This document shows, piece after piece, positions 16,610-27,291 of a DNA stretch of 64,000 nt. Made by a program: the position numbers and the translations under genes. The stretch spans positions 4,295-68,294 of the forward strand of contig JBDKRA010000042.1 in assembly GCA_039683615.1 (NCBI GenBank). Direction: 5' to 3'. The notes beneath the pieces are model-generated. The model was not told where the DNA came from. It saw only the letters and a list, made by a program, of their open reading frames with translations, and did no database searches. The DNA comes from Phycisphaerae bacterium. GTDB lineage: Bacteria > Planctomycetota > Phycisphaerae > SM23-33. Position 1 is the first letter of the stretch. Each line of letters begins with the position of its first letter.

Positions 16610-18874
16610 TTACGGGGCGATGCCGGACAGGACGGCGTGGATGAACTGGGGGTAGTAGGTCTCGAAGTTCGTGCCCCGGCGGCTGCGGGCGATGGCCACC
16701 ACCAGGTCGTGCTCGCCGTCGATGCGCAGCACCGTGTCGGACTTGGCGCCGTGGGCGAACGTGCCCTTGCCCCAGCCTTCGTTGTCAAACCACATCGTCC
16801 CCAGGCCGTAGACCTCGCCCGTCGCGGGCCCCAGCACTTTCGTCAATCGCCGCGGCAGCAGTTGCTCGAACGTCCGCTCGCTCATGAAGCGCATGCGGCC
16901 GTACGCGCCTTTGTTGAGCAGCATCTGCCCGATGTGCGCCAGGTCGCTGGCCGTGCTGCCGGCGGCGCCGCCGCCGTCGGGCATGATGGTGTTGCGGCAG
17001 CCCAGCGGTTCCAGCAGGCGCCTTCGTGCCAGCAGCGGCTGCGACTGGCCGCTGACGGCCTCGAGGATCTTGGTGCCCAGGTCGAACCCGGTGCCGTTGT
17101 AGAGGAAAGCCTCGCCTACGCGGACGTTGGGCATGTAGCAGGCCAGTCGCTCTTCCAGGTCGTTCTCGAACGCCCCCCAGTGCCAGCCCTGCACGCCGCT
17201 GGCGTGCGTGTACAGGTGCCGCACGGTCAGGGGCTTGTTCGTCCGCACGCCCTGGAACGGCGGCAGGTAGTCGCTCACGGGGGCGTCGAGGTCCACCAGA
17301 CCCTGGTCGACGAACGTCAGCAACAGCACGCTCGAGAGCATCTTGGTCAGCGAGGCGATGCCGCAGATCGAGTCCGTTGTCATCGCCTTGCCGCCGCGCG
17401 AACCGTAGGCCTTGTCCAGCACGATCACGCCATGGCGAACCACGCAGGCGTTGAACGGCTCGTCGCTGTCGGCCGCCCATTGCGTCAGGACCGCGTCGAT
17501 GGCAGCCGCGGCGCCGGCCTTCATGCCTGCCTCGGCGGCTGGGCCCTCGCGCACCACCGGCGCCGGTGGGCCGTCGGCAGTTCGCGGACAGGCGAAAGGC
17601 CCGGGCCAGCGTTTGTCCCATCCGTAGAAGCGGCGTTTGAAGTCGACCCACCACTGGCGGTCCTGTGCGGGGTCGACGGCTGCCGCGGCGCCGCGGCGAA
17701 CGAGCGACACGAACCGCCGGCAGAGTCGGCCTTGCGGCGTCATCACCTCGACCACCGCGCCATAGCGCCCCGGGGCGGCGGCGTGCGTCACCGGACGAAA
17801 GCCGCTGTCGTAATAGGTGGTCCGCAGCGTGTAGGAGCCTATCGCCCGCTCAACCAGGCGAGGATCCTTGAAAGCCACCGGCGGAAAAGTCTCGCCGTCG
17901 AACACTCGCTCGGGCGAAGCCGCCATCGGGGCGAAGAGAAACTGCTCGGCGCGGGCGCGGGTGTTGTCAGCCGCGGCGATGCGGGCGACCTCTTTGCCCT
18001 CCACGCGTACCGACAACTCAGCCGCGTCTTCGCCGCCGCGCCGCTCGGGCATGAGCAGTTCGCCCTGGGCATAGCCGCAGGCGTCGCGCGCGAGCACGCA
18101 CCTGGCGAGGATCTTTTCGCCCCGGACGAGGGAGGCTTCTTTGCCGCCGGCGGCAGGGCCGCCGCGAATCATCAGCGTCGTCAGCATCGCCCTTGCGTTG
18201 AAGCCCGTCCAGTGGATGAACCCTTGCGCCGGCGAGGGCCTGCCCGCCAGATGCAGTGAAATCTGCTTCAGCCACAGACGCTGGATGTCTTCGACGTGGT
18301 CGTCGCGGTCGCTCACCCAGAACTGGAGACTCACCGGCGCCGTGCCCGCCGCCGGCTCGACGCCCAACGCCGACCACGGCAGCAGGATCTCGACGGTGCA
18401 TTCATCGCCCGCGCGGGTTCGGCCCACCAGCGGCGCCGCTGCGCCGCGACGGCCGGGCGAACGCTTGTCGAAGAACTGCCATCGCGGCGCGGCCTGAGCC
18501 GCGTCCATGCCGGGCGAGACGACCCACTGGCAGGCGCCGGCGCTGGAGAACAGGAACGCCTCGATCGAGTCGCCCTCGTAGAGGCGGTCGGCGCGCGGGT
18601 TTTCCATCCAGCGATCGTCCCAAATGGTCACCAGCATGAGCACCCCGCGGTCGTCCCAGCCCAGCCGCGCGGCCACGCGCTGACTGACGGGCGCGGGCGG
18701 GCCGCCCATCGGTTCGAGAACGTCCAGCCGGTATCCCGCCTGTCCCCAGTCGTCGATCTTGCCGTCGATGGTGATGGACTCGATGCGCGGAATGTCCAGA
18801 ACCGCCGGGGCCGCGCGTGCCGGCAGAGCGATCCAGACCACCACCAGCAGCGGCAAAACTCTTCGCGCGTTCAT
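16610..18874 (-). CDS. exported CBM9/DOMON-like domain protein fused to a beta-lactamase-family serine hydrolase
   Basis: Internal ATG (cat 18872-18874) gives the signal peptide MNARRVLPLLVVVWIALPARAAP. Then IDGKIDDWGQAGY (CBM9-like). The C-terminal part has the SxxK motif ...GIASLTKMLSS... Confidence 0.8.
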   Translation of the reverse strand: MNARRVLPLLVVVWIALPARAAPAVLDIPRIESITIDGKIDDWGQAGYRLDVLEPMGGPPAPVSQRVAARLGWDDRGVLMLVTIWDDRWMENPRADRLYEGDSIEAFLFSSAGACQWVVSPGMDAAQAAPRWQFFDKRSPGRRGAAAPLVGRTRAGDECTVEILLPWSALGVEPAAGTAPVSLQFWVSDRDDHVEDIQRLWLKQISLHLAGRPSPAQGFIHWTGFNARAMLTTLMIRGGPAAGGKEASLVRGEKILARCVLARDACGYAQGELLMPERRGGEDAAELSVRVEGKEVARIAAADNTRARAEQFLFAPMAASPERVFDGETFPPVAFKDPRLVERAIGSYTLRTTYYDSGFRPVTHAAAPGRYGAVVEVMTPQGRLCRRFVSLVRRGAAAAVDPAQDRQWWVDFKRRFYGWDKRWPGPFACPRTADGPPAPVVREGPAAEAGMKAGAAAAIDAVLTQWAADSDEPFNACVVRHGVIVLDKAYGSRGGKAMTTDSICGIASLTKMLSSVLLLTFVDQGLVDLDAPVSDYLPPFQGVRTNKPLTVRHLYTHASGVQGWHWGAFENDLEERLACYMPNVRVGEAFLYNGTGFDLGTKILEAVSGQSQPLLARRRLLEPLGCRNTIMPDGGGAAGSTASDLAHIGQMLLNKGAYGRMRFMSERTFEQLLPRRLTKVLGPATGEVYGLGTMWFDNEGWGKGTFAHGAKSDTVLRIDGEHDLVVAIARSRRGTNFETYYPQFIHAVLSGIAP

Positions 18875-19124
18875 AGTGCATCCCTCGCCCGCACCATGTT
18901 GAACCGGACTGTTCAGGAGCGGTTCCTGCCGATCGGGAGAAGTTACCCCAAGGCCAAGGAGACCGTAGCCGTGGGCACGCCATAGCGAGCGAAGCGTCGG
19001 CAAATCGGATTCCAGCACGGCGGCCGTGCCGCTTTCCAGTTGCAGACTCACCGAGTACTCTTTGTGATCTCTGTGGCAAAGTTTCTAAACGCTGGGTTAT
19101 GATCCATGATACGAGGAGACGGCC

Positions 19125-20942
19125 ATGACCATCGATAGAGAGCTGCTCATACCGGTGAAGAAGTTCACGCCCTGCGGCGGGCGGTTTGTGTGGCCGCGCT
19201 GCGCGGTGCTGGCTTCGCCGCGCGTTGTTGACCAGATGCCGCTGCGGCAGTTGGCGGCCGACTTGGCCGCCGCGGGGATTGCGGCGCGCGTCGAGGCGTC
19301 GGCGGGGCTGCCTGCGGCCACGCGGATCGTGCGCGACCGCGGCGTGCATGGCGGCGAGGCGTACCGGCTGGCGGTGAGCTCTGAAGGAATCGAGATACGC
19401 TCGTCGGGCGACGCGGGGGCGTACTACGGCGTGCAGACGCTGCGCGAGATGATTGCGGCTGGTGGGCGCAGCCTGCCGTGCTGTGTGATCGATGACGCCC
19501 CGGCGCTGGGGCGGCGCGGCGTGTACCACGACTGCTCGCGCGGCAAGGTGCCCAGGCTCTCGACGCTCAAAGACCTCGTCGAACACCTGGGGCGATGGAA
19601 GATCAACGAACTACAGCTCTACGTCGAGAACGTCTTCGCCTTCCGCAGCCACCCCGGGATCGACGAGGGCTATAGCTCGCTGTCGGCGGATGAAATCCTC
19701 GCCCTGCAGGAGCACGCCAAGGCGCATCACGTGCGGCTGGTGGGCTCGCTGGCGAGCTTCGGGCACCTCGAGCGCGTGCTGGCCCAGCCGCGGTACAAGC
19801 CGCTGGGCGAGTTCGTCGACCCCGACAAAAAATGCTCGACGCTCTGCCCGACCGACCCGCGATCGATCGCCTTGCTGGACGAACTCTACGCCGAATACGT
19901 CCCCCTGTTCGAGGCCGTCGACTTCAACATCTGCGGCGACGAGACCTGGGAACTGGGCAAAGGCCGCAGCAAGCGCCGGGCCGACCGCATCGGCATCGGC
20001 GGTCTGTACAAGGAGTTCCTGCTCAAGGTTCACCGCCTCTGCGGCAAGCACGGCAAGCGGATGAACATGTGGGCCGACATCGTGCTCGAGCACCCCGAGT
20101 CGCTGCCAGGCTGGCCGAGCGACGTAGTGATGCTCAACTGGGACTACGATCCCCACGGCTCGCGCGTTCCGCGGACGCGCGAGATCACCGACCGCGGCCT
20201 GGCGTGCATGGTCTGCCCCGGCACCAACGCCTGGGCCTCGCACGGCTGCCGCCTGCGGCACGGGCAGCGGAACATCCGCGAGTTTACAGCGGAGGGGCTC
20301 AAGCTCGGCGTCGAGGGCGTGCTCAACACCGACTGGGGCGACGGCAACCACCGCAACCCGCTGGGCGTGAGCCTGGCGAACATGGCCTACGGCGGCGCCT
20401 GTTCGTGGAACCTGCGCGGCCTGGACGACCGCGCCTTCATGCAGCGCTTCTGCCGCCACACGCTGGGCCCCCAGGGCCGGAAGCTCGCCGGCGCGCTGGA
20501 GACCCTGGGCTCGCTCGACGAAAGCGTCGGCCTGCCCTGGCCGCAGGCCTACTGGGGGCTCTGGATGCCGCTGGCCGGGCTGAAAGTCGAAGAAGCCCCC
20601 TTTGATCCCAAAGTCTGCGCCCGTTTGGAAGCCCACGCCCGAAAGCTCGAGCGCCTGAGCTGGCCGGCGCCCGACAAGGCCGCCACCAAATTCCTGGCCG
20701 ACACCTACGCCGACTTCGCCGTCGCCGCCCACCTCGACGCCTTCGCCTGCCGCTGGCTGATCGCCATCAAGCACGTGCAAGCCGCCAAACCCGTCCCCAA
20801 CAAGGCCGACCTGATAGCCCAGTCCCGCGACACGATCGCGCACCTGAAGAAAGTCTGGCCGCGCCGCAACAAACCCTCCCGCTTCTTCCAGATCGTGCAA
20901 GGCTTCAAGAACCTGGAGCACTCCTGCGCGAAGGTTTCCTGA
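19125..20942 (+). CDS. glycoside hydrolase family 20-like (beta-N-acetylhexosaminidase family) protein
   Basis: ...IDDAPALGRRGVYHDCSRGKVP...KINELQLYVEN...FNICGDETWELG... ATG is preceded by GAGGAG. Confidence 0.75.
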   Translation: MTIDRELLIPVKKFTPCGGRFVWPRCAVLASPRVVDQMPLRQLAADLAAAGIAARVEASAGLPAATRIVRDRGVHGGEAYRLAVSSEGIEIRSSGDAGAYYGVQTLREMIAAGGRSLPCCVIDDAPALGRRGVYHDCSRGKVPRLSTLKDLVEHLGRWKINELQLYVENVFAFRSHPGIDEGYSSLSADEILALQEHAKAHHVRLVGSLASFGHLERVLAQPRYKPLGEFVDPDKKCSTLCPTDPRSIALLDELYAEYVPLFEAVDFNICGDETWELGKGRSKRRADRIGIGGLYKEFLLKVHRLCGKHGKRMNMWADIVLEHPESLPGWPSDVVMLNWDYDPHGSRVPRTREITDRGLACMVCPGTNAWASHGCRLRHGQRNIREFTAEGLKLGVEGVLNTDWGDGNHRNPLGVSLANMAYGGACSWNLRGLDDRAFMQRFCRHTLGPQGRKLAGALETLGSLDESVGLPWPQAYWGLWMPLAGLKVEEAPFDPKVCARLEAHARKLERLSWPAPDKAATKFLADTYADFAVAAHLDAFACRWLIAIKHVQAAKPVPNKADLIAQSRDTIAHLKKVWPRRNKPSRFFQIVQGFKNLEHSCAKVS

Positions 20943-20998
20943 CGCTGGAGGGAAAAGGCGAGCAGCAGTTCCAGGTCGTCGCTTGGAGGAACGCTTGA

Positions 20999-23581
20999 TT
21001 AACGTAGCCGCCAGGTGGACTGGGGTTTGTTGTCCAGCGGCAGATTGTAGGTCAGGCTGTAGGTTTTGGTGGCGGCGTCATAGTCCGTCTGCCAGAAGTC
21101 GTTGCCGTGGACGGCCTGGTCGAGCTTGATCTCTTTGCCGCCGGCTACCTCGTAGAGGGCGAGGCCGTCGATGGACTTGAGGCCTTCAAAGCGGATCGGC
21201 ACGTAGCCGACGCCGCCTTTGAGGCTCACTTCAACGGTCGGCTCATCCGCTTGAATGATGATGGGGTAGCGACGCAGAACCTTTCCCCCGCCAGCGGTCA
21301 CGGCCAGGTCGTTGCCGGCAGCCTCGCGGTATGTGGTCTTCCACGAGGCCCCATTGGCGGCGAGGAACTTGCGGAAGGTCTCATTGGGGCCGTAATAATC
21401 CTGGGCAACCCGCGGAAGCGTGATCCACTCGACAGCCAGCTCGACGCTGTCGCCGCTTCGGAAGGCGGCAACGCCCCTGGGCGGCACAAGGATCAGGTCA
21501 ATGTTCGGCCCATCCGCCAGCATGCGGCTGACGTACAGCGAGATCGTCGGGGCGGCGTGTTCCTTACCGCCGAAGGTGGCCTTATACGAGCGGATGATGA
21601 GCGCGCGGCCGCCCGTGCCCCAGTGCTTCTGCCCCTCCAGGGCGGCCTTGGTGAAGTTGGCGTCGGGGAACGCGACCCACCAGGGCCCCTTGCCGCCCAG
21701 CGTGACGCGGTCGGCCAGCATGTCGTGAGGCTTGAGCGGCATGGCGGAGTTGTGCTGCGCGATGAGCCCCTGCTCGTTGCCGTAAGCGACCGTCGGCGTC
21801 ACGTAGCCGTTGGGGCCGCTGCCCATCTTGAACAGCCACGCCCCGTCGACCTTGGCCTCGCGGTCGAAGGTGTACTTGAGGTTGTGGAACGTCCGCGCGT
21901 AATCATCCGCCCGCAGGGTGTGCACCTGGGCCTGCAAGGCCACCTCGCGCTGCCGACCGTAGAAGCCCGCGTACCGCACGTCCGACAGGCACGGGCCGTG
22001 GGCGACGTAGGCGGTCTTGAGGTCGCCGAACTCCAGACGTTTGCCCGCCGCGTCGGCCAGCCCCAGCCAGTCGCCGCCCCACTGGCCGTCGCTCCAGCCC
22101 CACTTCTGGCCCGCCGGTCCGCGGCTGACCATGAGCATCCGCACGTCGGCGATGACCGTGCGGATGTTGGTCATATCCATGTCGAGGCAGAACGTCTCGC
22201 CCCAGCAGCCGATGGCGAGCTGATCCCACCGGCCGAACCCGCCCCAGCCAATGAGGCTCAGCTGCGAGTGGCTTGCCGAGGGAACCGTGCCATAAAAACC
22301 GTACGCGATGCGCAGAAGGTACTCGCTCTTGCCCGGCCGCGCCGGCAGCGAGCAGTACGCCATGAGGTACGCCCCCTGGTGCCAGTTCTTGCTCAACTGC
22401 ACGGCAATGCCCGTCGGCCGCCCGTCGGCGTCGCAGAGGATCGGGACCAGGCCCGTGATATTGGCGACATCCTGAAAATCCAGAAGGAACGGGATTTCCA
22501 TCGCGGCGGTCGTGCGGTTTTCCAGCGAGATGCGAAACTCATCGTAGTCGCGGATGTCCGTGTAGCCGGCCGCAAAGGCCCGCTTGATTTTCGGCACGCA
22601 GGCAACGAAGCAGTCCTTCTTCGGCTCGAACTTCACGCCGAAGGTCTGGTCGGCCCCGGCGGATACCTTGACGAACAGATCGGCATCGGCCATGGGCGGC
22701 CGCGGCTCGGCGCGGAACGTGGCGGTCACGGACTTCTGCTCGCCGCCGGCCCACGTGTCATCGAAGGCCTGTTCGCTTACGCAGTCGATGCCCTTGCCTC
22801 TGATCCCCACACGGAGCTTGCCGCCGGACCATGCGGGCACGGCCGCAGCGGCGCCGCCCGCGCCGGCAGGCTTGCCGTCCTTCCTGGCGACGCTCAGCGT
22901 CAACGTCAGCGAGTCCGGCCACGCCACCAGGTCCAGCGTCGCGCTGCAGGGCAGCGCCCGGCCGGCCGCATCCTCCATCTCCAGGTCCAGGAAATCATAA
23001 TGCTGCACGAAGCGGCCGGATTCCCACATCCGCGCCGCTCCGCCGCAGCGGGCCGCCCGGAACGTCTTGCCGCCGGTCTCGAAATCGACGACAAGCTCGG
23101 CTGGCGGGAGGCGGTGCAGGCGCTCGGTGTCGGCGCTGACCGCCTGGGCATACCCGGCTGTCGGCTTGTCCACGCGCGCCAAGCCGGCCGTGCGAAAGTC
23201 CGCCGGGTCCAGCGAGAACTCGTACCCCCTCGCCGCGACGGCGAAGATCGAAGACCCGGCCGGCAGGCTGAAATAGTACGGCAGCTTCAGCTCGGGCGGA
23301 TTCTTGTGCCAGCCCTCCAGCCGCGGATAGACGAACGGCGAGCCCTTGGGCGATCGCATCCACGCAAAGTCGGCCTGCACCTTTCGCCAACCGTTGAGCC
23401 ACAGGGAGTAGGAATAACCCCCCGCGGGCTGCTCCGTCGCACGGCCAAGGCTCGCCCCGTCGGCGGCTGGCGCGCTGCCGGCCGCGGCGGCCAGAAGAAG
23501 CAGCAAGGCTAGTGCAAGGGGCGAGGCCCGCCAAACGCATGGGTTGTGGTTCTGATTCGTTCGACGCATGAATGACGCCAT
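20999..23581 (-). CDS. large exported hypothetical protein (860 aa), no family recognised
   Basis: Internal ATG (cat 23579-23581): MASFMRRTNQNHNPCVWRASPLALALLLLLAAAAGSAPA (signal peptide). Coding-type GC3 bias runs throughout. It lies between the GH20-like and GH28-like genes. Confidence 0.7.
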   Translation of the reverse strand: MASFMRRTNQNHNPCVWRASPLALALLLLLAAAAGSAPAADGASLGRATEQPAGGYSYSLWLNGWRKVQADFAWMRSPKGSPFVYPRLEGWHKNPPELKLPYYFSLPAGSSIFAVAARGYEFSLDPADFRTAGLARVDKPTAGYAQAVSADTERLHRLPPAELVVDFETGGKTFRAARCGGAARMWESGRFVQHYDFLDLEMEDAAGRALPCSATLDLVAWPDSLTLTLSVARKDGKPAGAGGAAAAVPAWSGGKLRVGIRGKGIDCVSEQAFDDTWAGGEQKSVTATFRAEPRPPMADADLFVKVSAGADQTFGVKFEPKKDCFVACVPKIKRAFAAGYTDIRDYDEFRISLENRTTAAMEIPFLLDFQDVANITGLVPILCDADGRPTGIAVQLSKNWHQGAYLMAYCSLPARPGKSEYLLRIAYGFYGTVPSASHSQLSLIGWGGFGRWDQLAIGCWGETFCLDMDMTNIRTVIADVRMLMVSRGPAGQKWGWSDGQWGGDWLGLADAAGKRLEFGDLKTAYVAHGPCLSDVRYAGFYGRQREVALQAQVHTLRADDYARTFHNLKYTFDREAKVDGAWLFKMGSGPNGYVTPTVAYGNEQGLIAQHNSAMPLKPHDMLADRVTLGGKGPWWVAFPDANFTKAALEGQKHWGTGGRALIIRSYKATFGGKEHAAPTISLYVSRMLADGPNIDLILVPPRGVAAFRSGDSVELAVEWITLPRVAQDYYGPNETFRKFLAANGASWKTTYREAAGNDLAVTAGGGKVLRRYPIIIQADEPTVEVSLKGGVGYVPIRFEGLKSIDGLALYEVAGGKEIKLDQAVHGNDFWQTDYDAATKTYSLTYNLPLDNKPQSTWRLR

Positions 23582-23660
23582 TCTAACACGAATGCCGCCA
23601 CGGTAAACCCCAGGTGCTTCACGCCCCGGGATCATGCGGCCGGCTTCTCGCTGTACGAGC

Positions 23661-24041
23661 TCACTGAATAGCCCTTCCGCTGAGAATCGCATCCAGAGCT
23701 TTTTGCGGAGAGGCGGCGCCGAAGTGGATGTCGTACTGGCGGCCGCAGGCCAGGACCAGGTGCAGCGACTTGAGGATCAGGAACTTGCGGGTGATTTCTG
23801 CCTGGCGGATGTCCTTGAGGGGGATGCACAGTTGCTGGTCGAGTTTTTCGTATGCCTGCACGCGATTGCTCAGCTCGGCCGCGGCGTTTTCGGCCAAGGC
23901 CAGACCCGCGTCAAAATAGACGTTACGGTTGGTCACGTGCAGCTTGCCGACGACCTTGGCCGCGCTGTGTCCTTCGCCGCCGAGGTAGACCGGCCAGGAA
24001 CCGATAATTTCTTCGCCAGGCGACAGCCATTGTGGTTGCAT
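23661..24041 (-). CDS. small hypothetical protein, possibly bacterial PH/GRAM-like fold
   Basis: MQPQWLSPGEEIIGSWPVYLGGEGHSAAKVVGKLHVTNRNVYFDAG... The listed ORF starts at TTG 24089, overlapping the GH28 stop. ATG at 24041 is preferred. The fold assignment is a weak impression only. Confidence 0.5.
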   Translation of the reverse strand: MQPQWLSPGEEIIGSWPVYLGGEGHSAAKVVGKLHVTNRNVYFDAGLALAENAAAELSNRVQAYEKLDQQLCIPLKDIRQAEITRKFLILKSLHLVLACGRQYDIHFGAASPQKALDAILSGRAIQ

Positions 24042-24079
24042 GATCCATTTCCCATCAAAAGGACCGAGTATCCAGCGCC

Positions 24080-25582
24080 TTATGAACAAAATCTGATATT
24101 CTTCACGTGACCCATTATCAACAACTCCGGCGAATCCTGCGTCAAGCGTTCGCCGTGCCGCGTCACATTATCAAAGACAATATCCCTCACATCGTGCGCT
24201 GCATCCAGCCCGCAGATCCGTATGCCCCCGGCAGGGCCGCTGTCATCGCCGGTCAACCGAACATCCTTGAATACGCAATGCCTGAGCATCCCGGGTACTT
24301 TCCTGTCCGACCAGAGCGTGACCTTGGGGAATATTTCCATGAACCATTTCTGGCCTTCGTGGTTGATCCGGATGTCCTCGAAGCGGATGTTCTCCATCAG
24401 CATGTCCTCGCCGGGCTGAATGGAGACGCACGTGGGCAGGTCGAGCATGTACTCGGGGATCTGGTCCCAGACGGCTTTGGGTTCGATCTGGTCGGGAAGC
24501 TCGCCTGGGATCCACCAGTTGTCGCAGTAGTGGATGACGTCGATGTCTTTGAAGAGCATGTTGCGCATGGTCTTGGCGCGGCACTCGCAACCCATGCGCC
24601 AGACGTGGGCCTTGTCGGTCCAGAGGACGGTGCGGGTAACTTCGATATCCGCGACCTCCTGGCCGCCGCGATAGCCGAACCCTTTGGGGGCGATGCAGTC
24701 GTCTTCCGTGCGGATGAAGGAATCCGTCACCGTCACGCCCCTGCAATTGCAGATGTCGATGCCGTCGTCGTTCTCGCACCGCGAGGCCACGATCTTGAGG
24801 TTGTCGATCCGCACGTTATTGCTGCCGCAGAGATTGACGTTCCAGGCCCAGCCGTCCTTAACGATGATGCCCTCGATCAGAACATCATCGCAGTCGATCA
24901 GCCTGATGAAGCCGTCCTGGGAGCCGTTGTAGTTCCGCGGCCAGTCGAACCCGTCCAGGATCCCGCGGCCCATGATGCGGATGTTCTTGCCGCGGGCGAC
25001 GATGCCGCCCTTGACGACCGCGCCGCCGGCGATGTAGAGCGTCTCGTTGTCAGATAGCTGAATGATCCCCGCTTCATGAATGCCCGGGCCGAAGTATCTT
25101 ACTCCCGGGCCGTCGGGGAGCACCGGCTGCCTTTCCAGTGGATTGGCAAAGAGCAGCAGGGGGCCCGTGCGGCCTCGGGGTTCAATTGAAAGATGAGTCG
25201 GGGCTTGCGTGAGCTCGAAGGTCAGGCAATCTCCATTGATCTGAGGGACGATGCTCTTTGACGCCGGCTGTATTCTGACTTTGTCCAACGGAAGCTTATT
25301 GGATATCACCTTTACCGTAACCTTGCCCTTGAAATCGAAATAGGCAAAGGAGTACGGTCCGCCAAAGGAGGCGATATGGGAGAAATGTGCTTCGTTTGCG
25401 TAGCCGTGAGTAAATGCGCGGTAGACGACCACTTCCCGATCGTCCACGAACAACCGGTAGTCGTCGGAAAGTTCGATGCCGGCCTTTGACTGCCGGGCGA
25501 TGTTCCTTTTCACCGGCCCGCAATCATTGACAACCACCGCCCCGGGAGGCGCTTCGTACAATACCAGGATCTTATCGTCCAT
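24080..25582 (-). CDS. glycoside hydrolase family 28-like (parallel beta-helix, polygalacturonase-type) protein
   Basis: From ATG (cat 25580-25582): MDDKILVLYEAPPG... The motif block ...CENDDGIDICNCRGVTVTDSFIRTEDDCIAPKG... matches the GH28 NxDG / DDC(I/V)A(I/P)K signature. No signal peptide. Lower GC than the window average. Confidence 0.75.
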   Translation of the reverse strand: MDDKILVLYEAPPGAVVVNDCGPVKRNIARQSKAGIELSDDYRLFVDDREVVVYRAFTHGYANEAHFSHIASFGGPYSFAYFDFKGKVTVKVISNKLPLDKVRIQPASKSIVPQINGDCLTFELTQAPTHLSIEPRGRTGPLLLFANPLERQPVLPDGPGVRYFGPGIHEAGIIQLSDNETLYIAGGAVVKGGIVARGKNIRIMGRGILDGFDWPRNYNGSQDGFIRLIDCDDVLIEGIIVKDGWAWNVNLCGSNNVRIDNLKIVASRCENDDGIDICNCRGVTVTDSFIRTEDDCIAPKGFGYRGGQEVADIEVTRTVLWTDKAHVWRMGCECRAKTMRNMLFKDIDVIHYCDNWWIPGELPDQIEPKAVWDQIPEYMLDLPTCVSIQPGEDMLMENIRFEDIRINHEGQKWFMEIFPKVTLWSDRKVPGMLRHCVFKDVRLTGDDSGPAGGIRICGLDAAHDVRDIVFDNVTRHGERLTQDSPELLIMGHVKNIRFCS

Positions 25583-25773
25583 GTGATCTTGCTCCGATCT
25601 AATCCGCCTGCGGATCTTTGGGTTCCGCGGGCTAAGCCGCATTCTCGTTGCGGCGCTTCGTCTGGACAAGAGGCCGCTTGCCTTTTCGTCAGCAGCGACA
25701 TCGGCAAGTGGAACTCTGCCACAGAGACTTTCTTGGCGCATGCGGCAAATTTCCTGGCGGGGGATTTTTGGTT

Positions 25774-25802
25774 TTGACCCTTGCGCGGCGCGGGGGTATA
25801 TT
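25774..25802 (+). promoter_or_regulatory. candidate sigma70-type promoter upstream of dnaA
   Basis: TTGACC (25774-25779), a 17-nt spacer, then TATATT (25797-25802), preceded by a T-rich tract. It would give a ~140-nt leader. Confidence 0.4.
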
Positions 25803-25950
25803 CCCCTCGCGTTGAGTGTCTCCCGCTGCATGGATGCGTGGTGAGCGGGGCAAGGAGCGGCCTGTCTGAGACCTCCGGTGCCGGATGCTGCGGCGCCGAT
25901 CCCGGAATTACACCGTTAGGCTGTCACTGCGCGTAGAAAGGCGTTGATTC

Positions 25951-27291
25951 ATGGCCGGCGTGGAATCATCCCTGTGGCAGAAAATCATTCAGCAAGTCGT
26001 TGCCTCCGGCGGCAACATCATCCGCCCGTGGTTCACCGCCCTGGAGCCCATCAGCCTCGAATACGGGCTGCTGGAGATCCTCGCCCCCGGCCGCAAGGAA
26101 CAGGAATACTGCCGCAAGCACGCCACGCGGATGTTCAACGAGGCCGCCCAGGCGGCGACGGGGCGGCTGGTGAGCGTGTGCTTTCTGACGTCGGCTGAAG
26201 ATTCCAATGGTGGCGGCGACGAGGCCGCGCCGGCGGGCGAGGGCGAGTTCGAGACCGAGCCGGCGGCGTTTTCGCTCAATCCGCGGTACACCTTCGGCGA
26301 CTTCGTGATTGGCCCGTGCAACCGCCTGGCTCACGCGGCGTGCGTGGCGATCAGCGAGTCGCCGGGCAAGACGTACAACCCGCTGTTCCTGCACGGGTCG
26401 GTGGGGCTGGGCAAGACGCACCTGCTCCAGGCGGCGTGCGGCAAGGTGCAGCTCGACAACCCCTCGGCCCAGATCATGGTGCTGTCGTGCGAGACGTTCG
26501 TGAATCACTTCATCAACGCCGTCGAGCGCGGGCAGCTCCATGAGTTCCGCTACCGCTACCGCCATGCCGACGTGCTGGCCATCGACGACATCCAGTTCCT
26601 GTCTGACCACGAGCAGACGCAGGAAGAGTTCTTCCACACCTTCAACACGCTCTACCAGAGCCAGAAGCAGATCATCCTGACCAGCGACCGCGGCCCCGGC
26701 GAGATCCCCGCCCTGCAGAGCCGCCTGGTCAGCCGCTTCAACTGGGGCCTGGTCGCGCGCATCGACCGCCCGTGCTACGAAACGCGCGTGGCGATCGTGC
26801 ACAAGAAGTCGCGCCTGCGCAGCATCGAACTGCCCGAAGACGTCACGTGCTTCATCGCGGCCACGATCGACTCCAACACCCGCGAACTCGAAGGCGCCAT
26901 CGCTAAAGTCGCCATGCTCGCCAAGGTCGCCGACCGCCCCATCGACTTGGCGGTGGCGGAGGAGGCCTTGGGCGCCGCGCCGGTCCCCACTCGGCGCGAG
27001 GTGACGATCGAGGATATCCTCACGGCCGTCACCGGCCGGTTTAACGTGCGCCTGGCGGACCTGCAGAGCAAGAAGCGGTCGCGTTCGATCGCGTTTCCTC
27101 GGCAGATCTGCATGTTCCTGGCCCGCAACCTGACGCGGCACAGCCTGGAAGAGATCGGCGGCTACTTCGGCGGGCGCGACCACACGACCGTGCTGCACGC
27201 GCACCGCACGATCGAAGGCGTCGCCCACAGCGACCCGCAGTTCCAGGCGACGCTCGAGGCCATCTCAAAAGAAATCCAGGCCAAAGCGTAG
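25951..27291 (+). CDS. dnaA: chromosomal replication initiator protein DnaA
   Basis: AAA+ Walker A LHGSVGLGKTHLLQA, ...DVLAIDDIQFL..., and C-terminal DNA-binding signature ...EIGGYFGGRDHTTVLHAHRTIE... 446 aa. Confidence 0.95.
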   Translation: MAGVESSLWQKIIQQVVASGGNIIRPWFTALEPISLEYGLLEILAPGRKEQEYCRKHATRMFNEAAQAATGRLVSVCFLTSAEDSNGGGDEAAPAGEGEFETEPAAFSLNPRYTFGDFVIGPCNRLAHAACVAISESPGKTYNPLFLHGSVGLGKTHLLQAACGKVQLDNPSAQIMVLSCETFVNHFINAVERGQLHEFRYRYRHADVLAIDDIQFLSDHEQTQEEFFHTFNTLYQSQKQIILTSDRGPGEIPALQSRLVSRFNWGLVARIDRPCYETRVAIVHKKSRLRSIELPEDVTCFIAATIDSNTRELEGAIAKVAMLAKVADRPIDLAVAEEALGAAPVPTRREVTIEDILTAVTGRFNVRLADLQSKKRSRSIAFPRQICMFLARNLTRHSLEEIGGYFGGRDHTTVLHAHRTIEGVAHSDPQFQATLEAISKEIQAKA

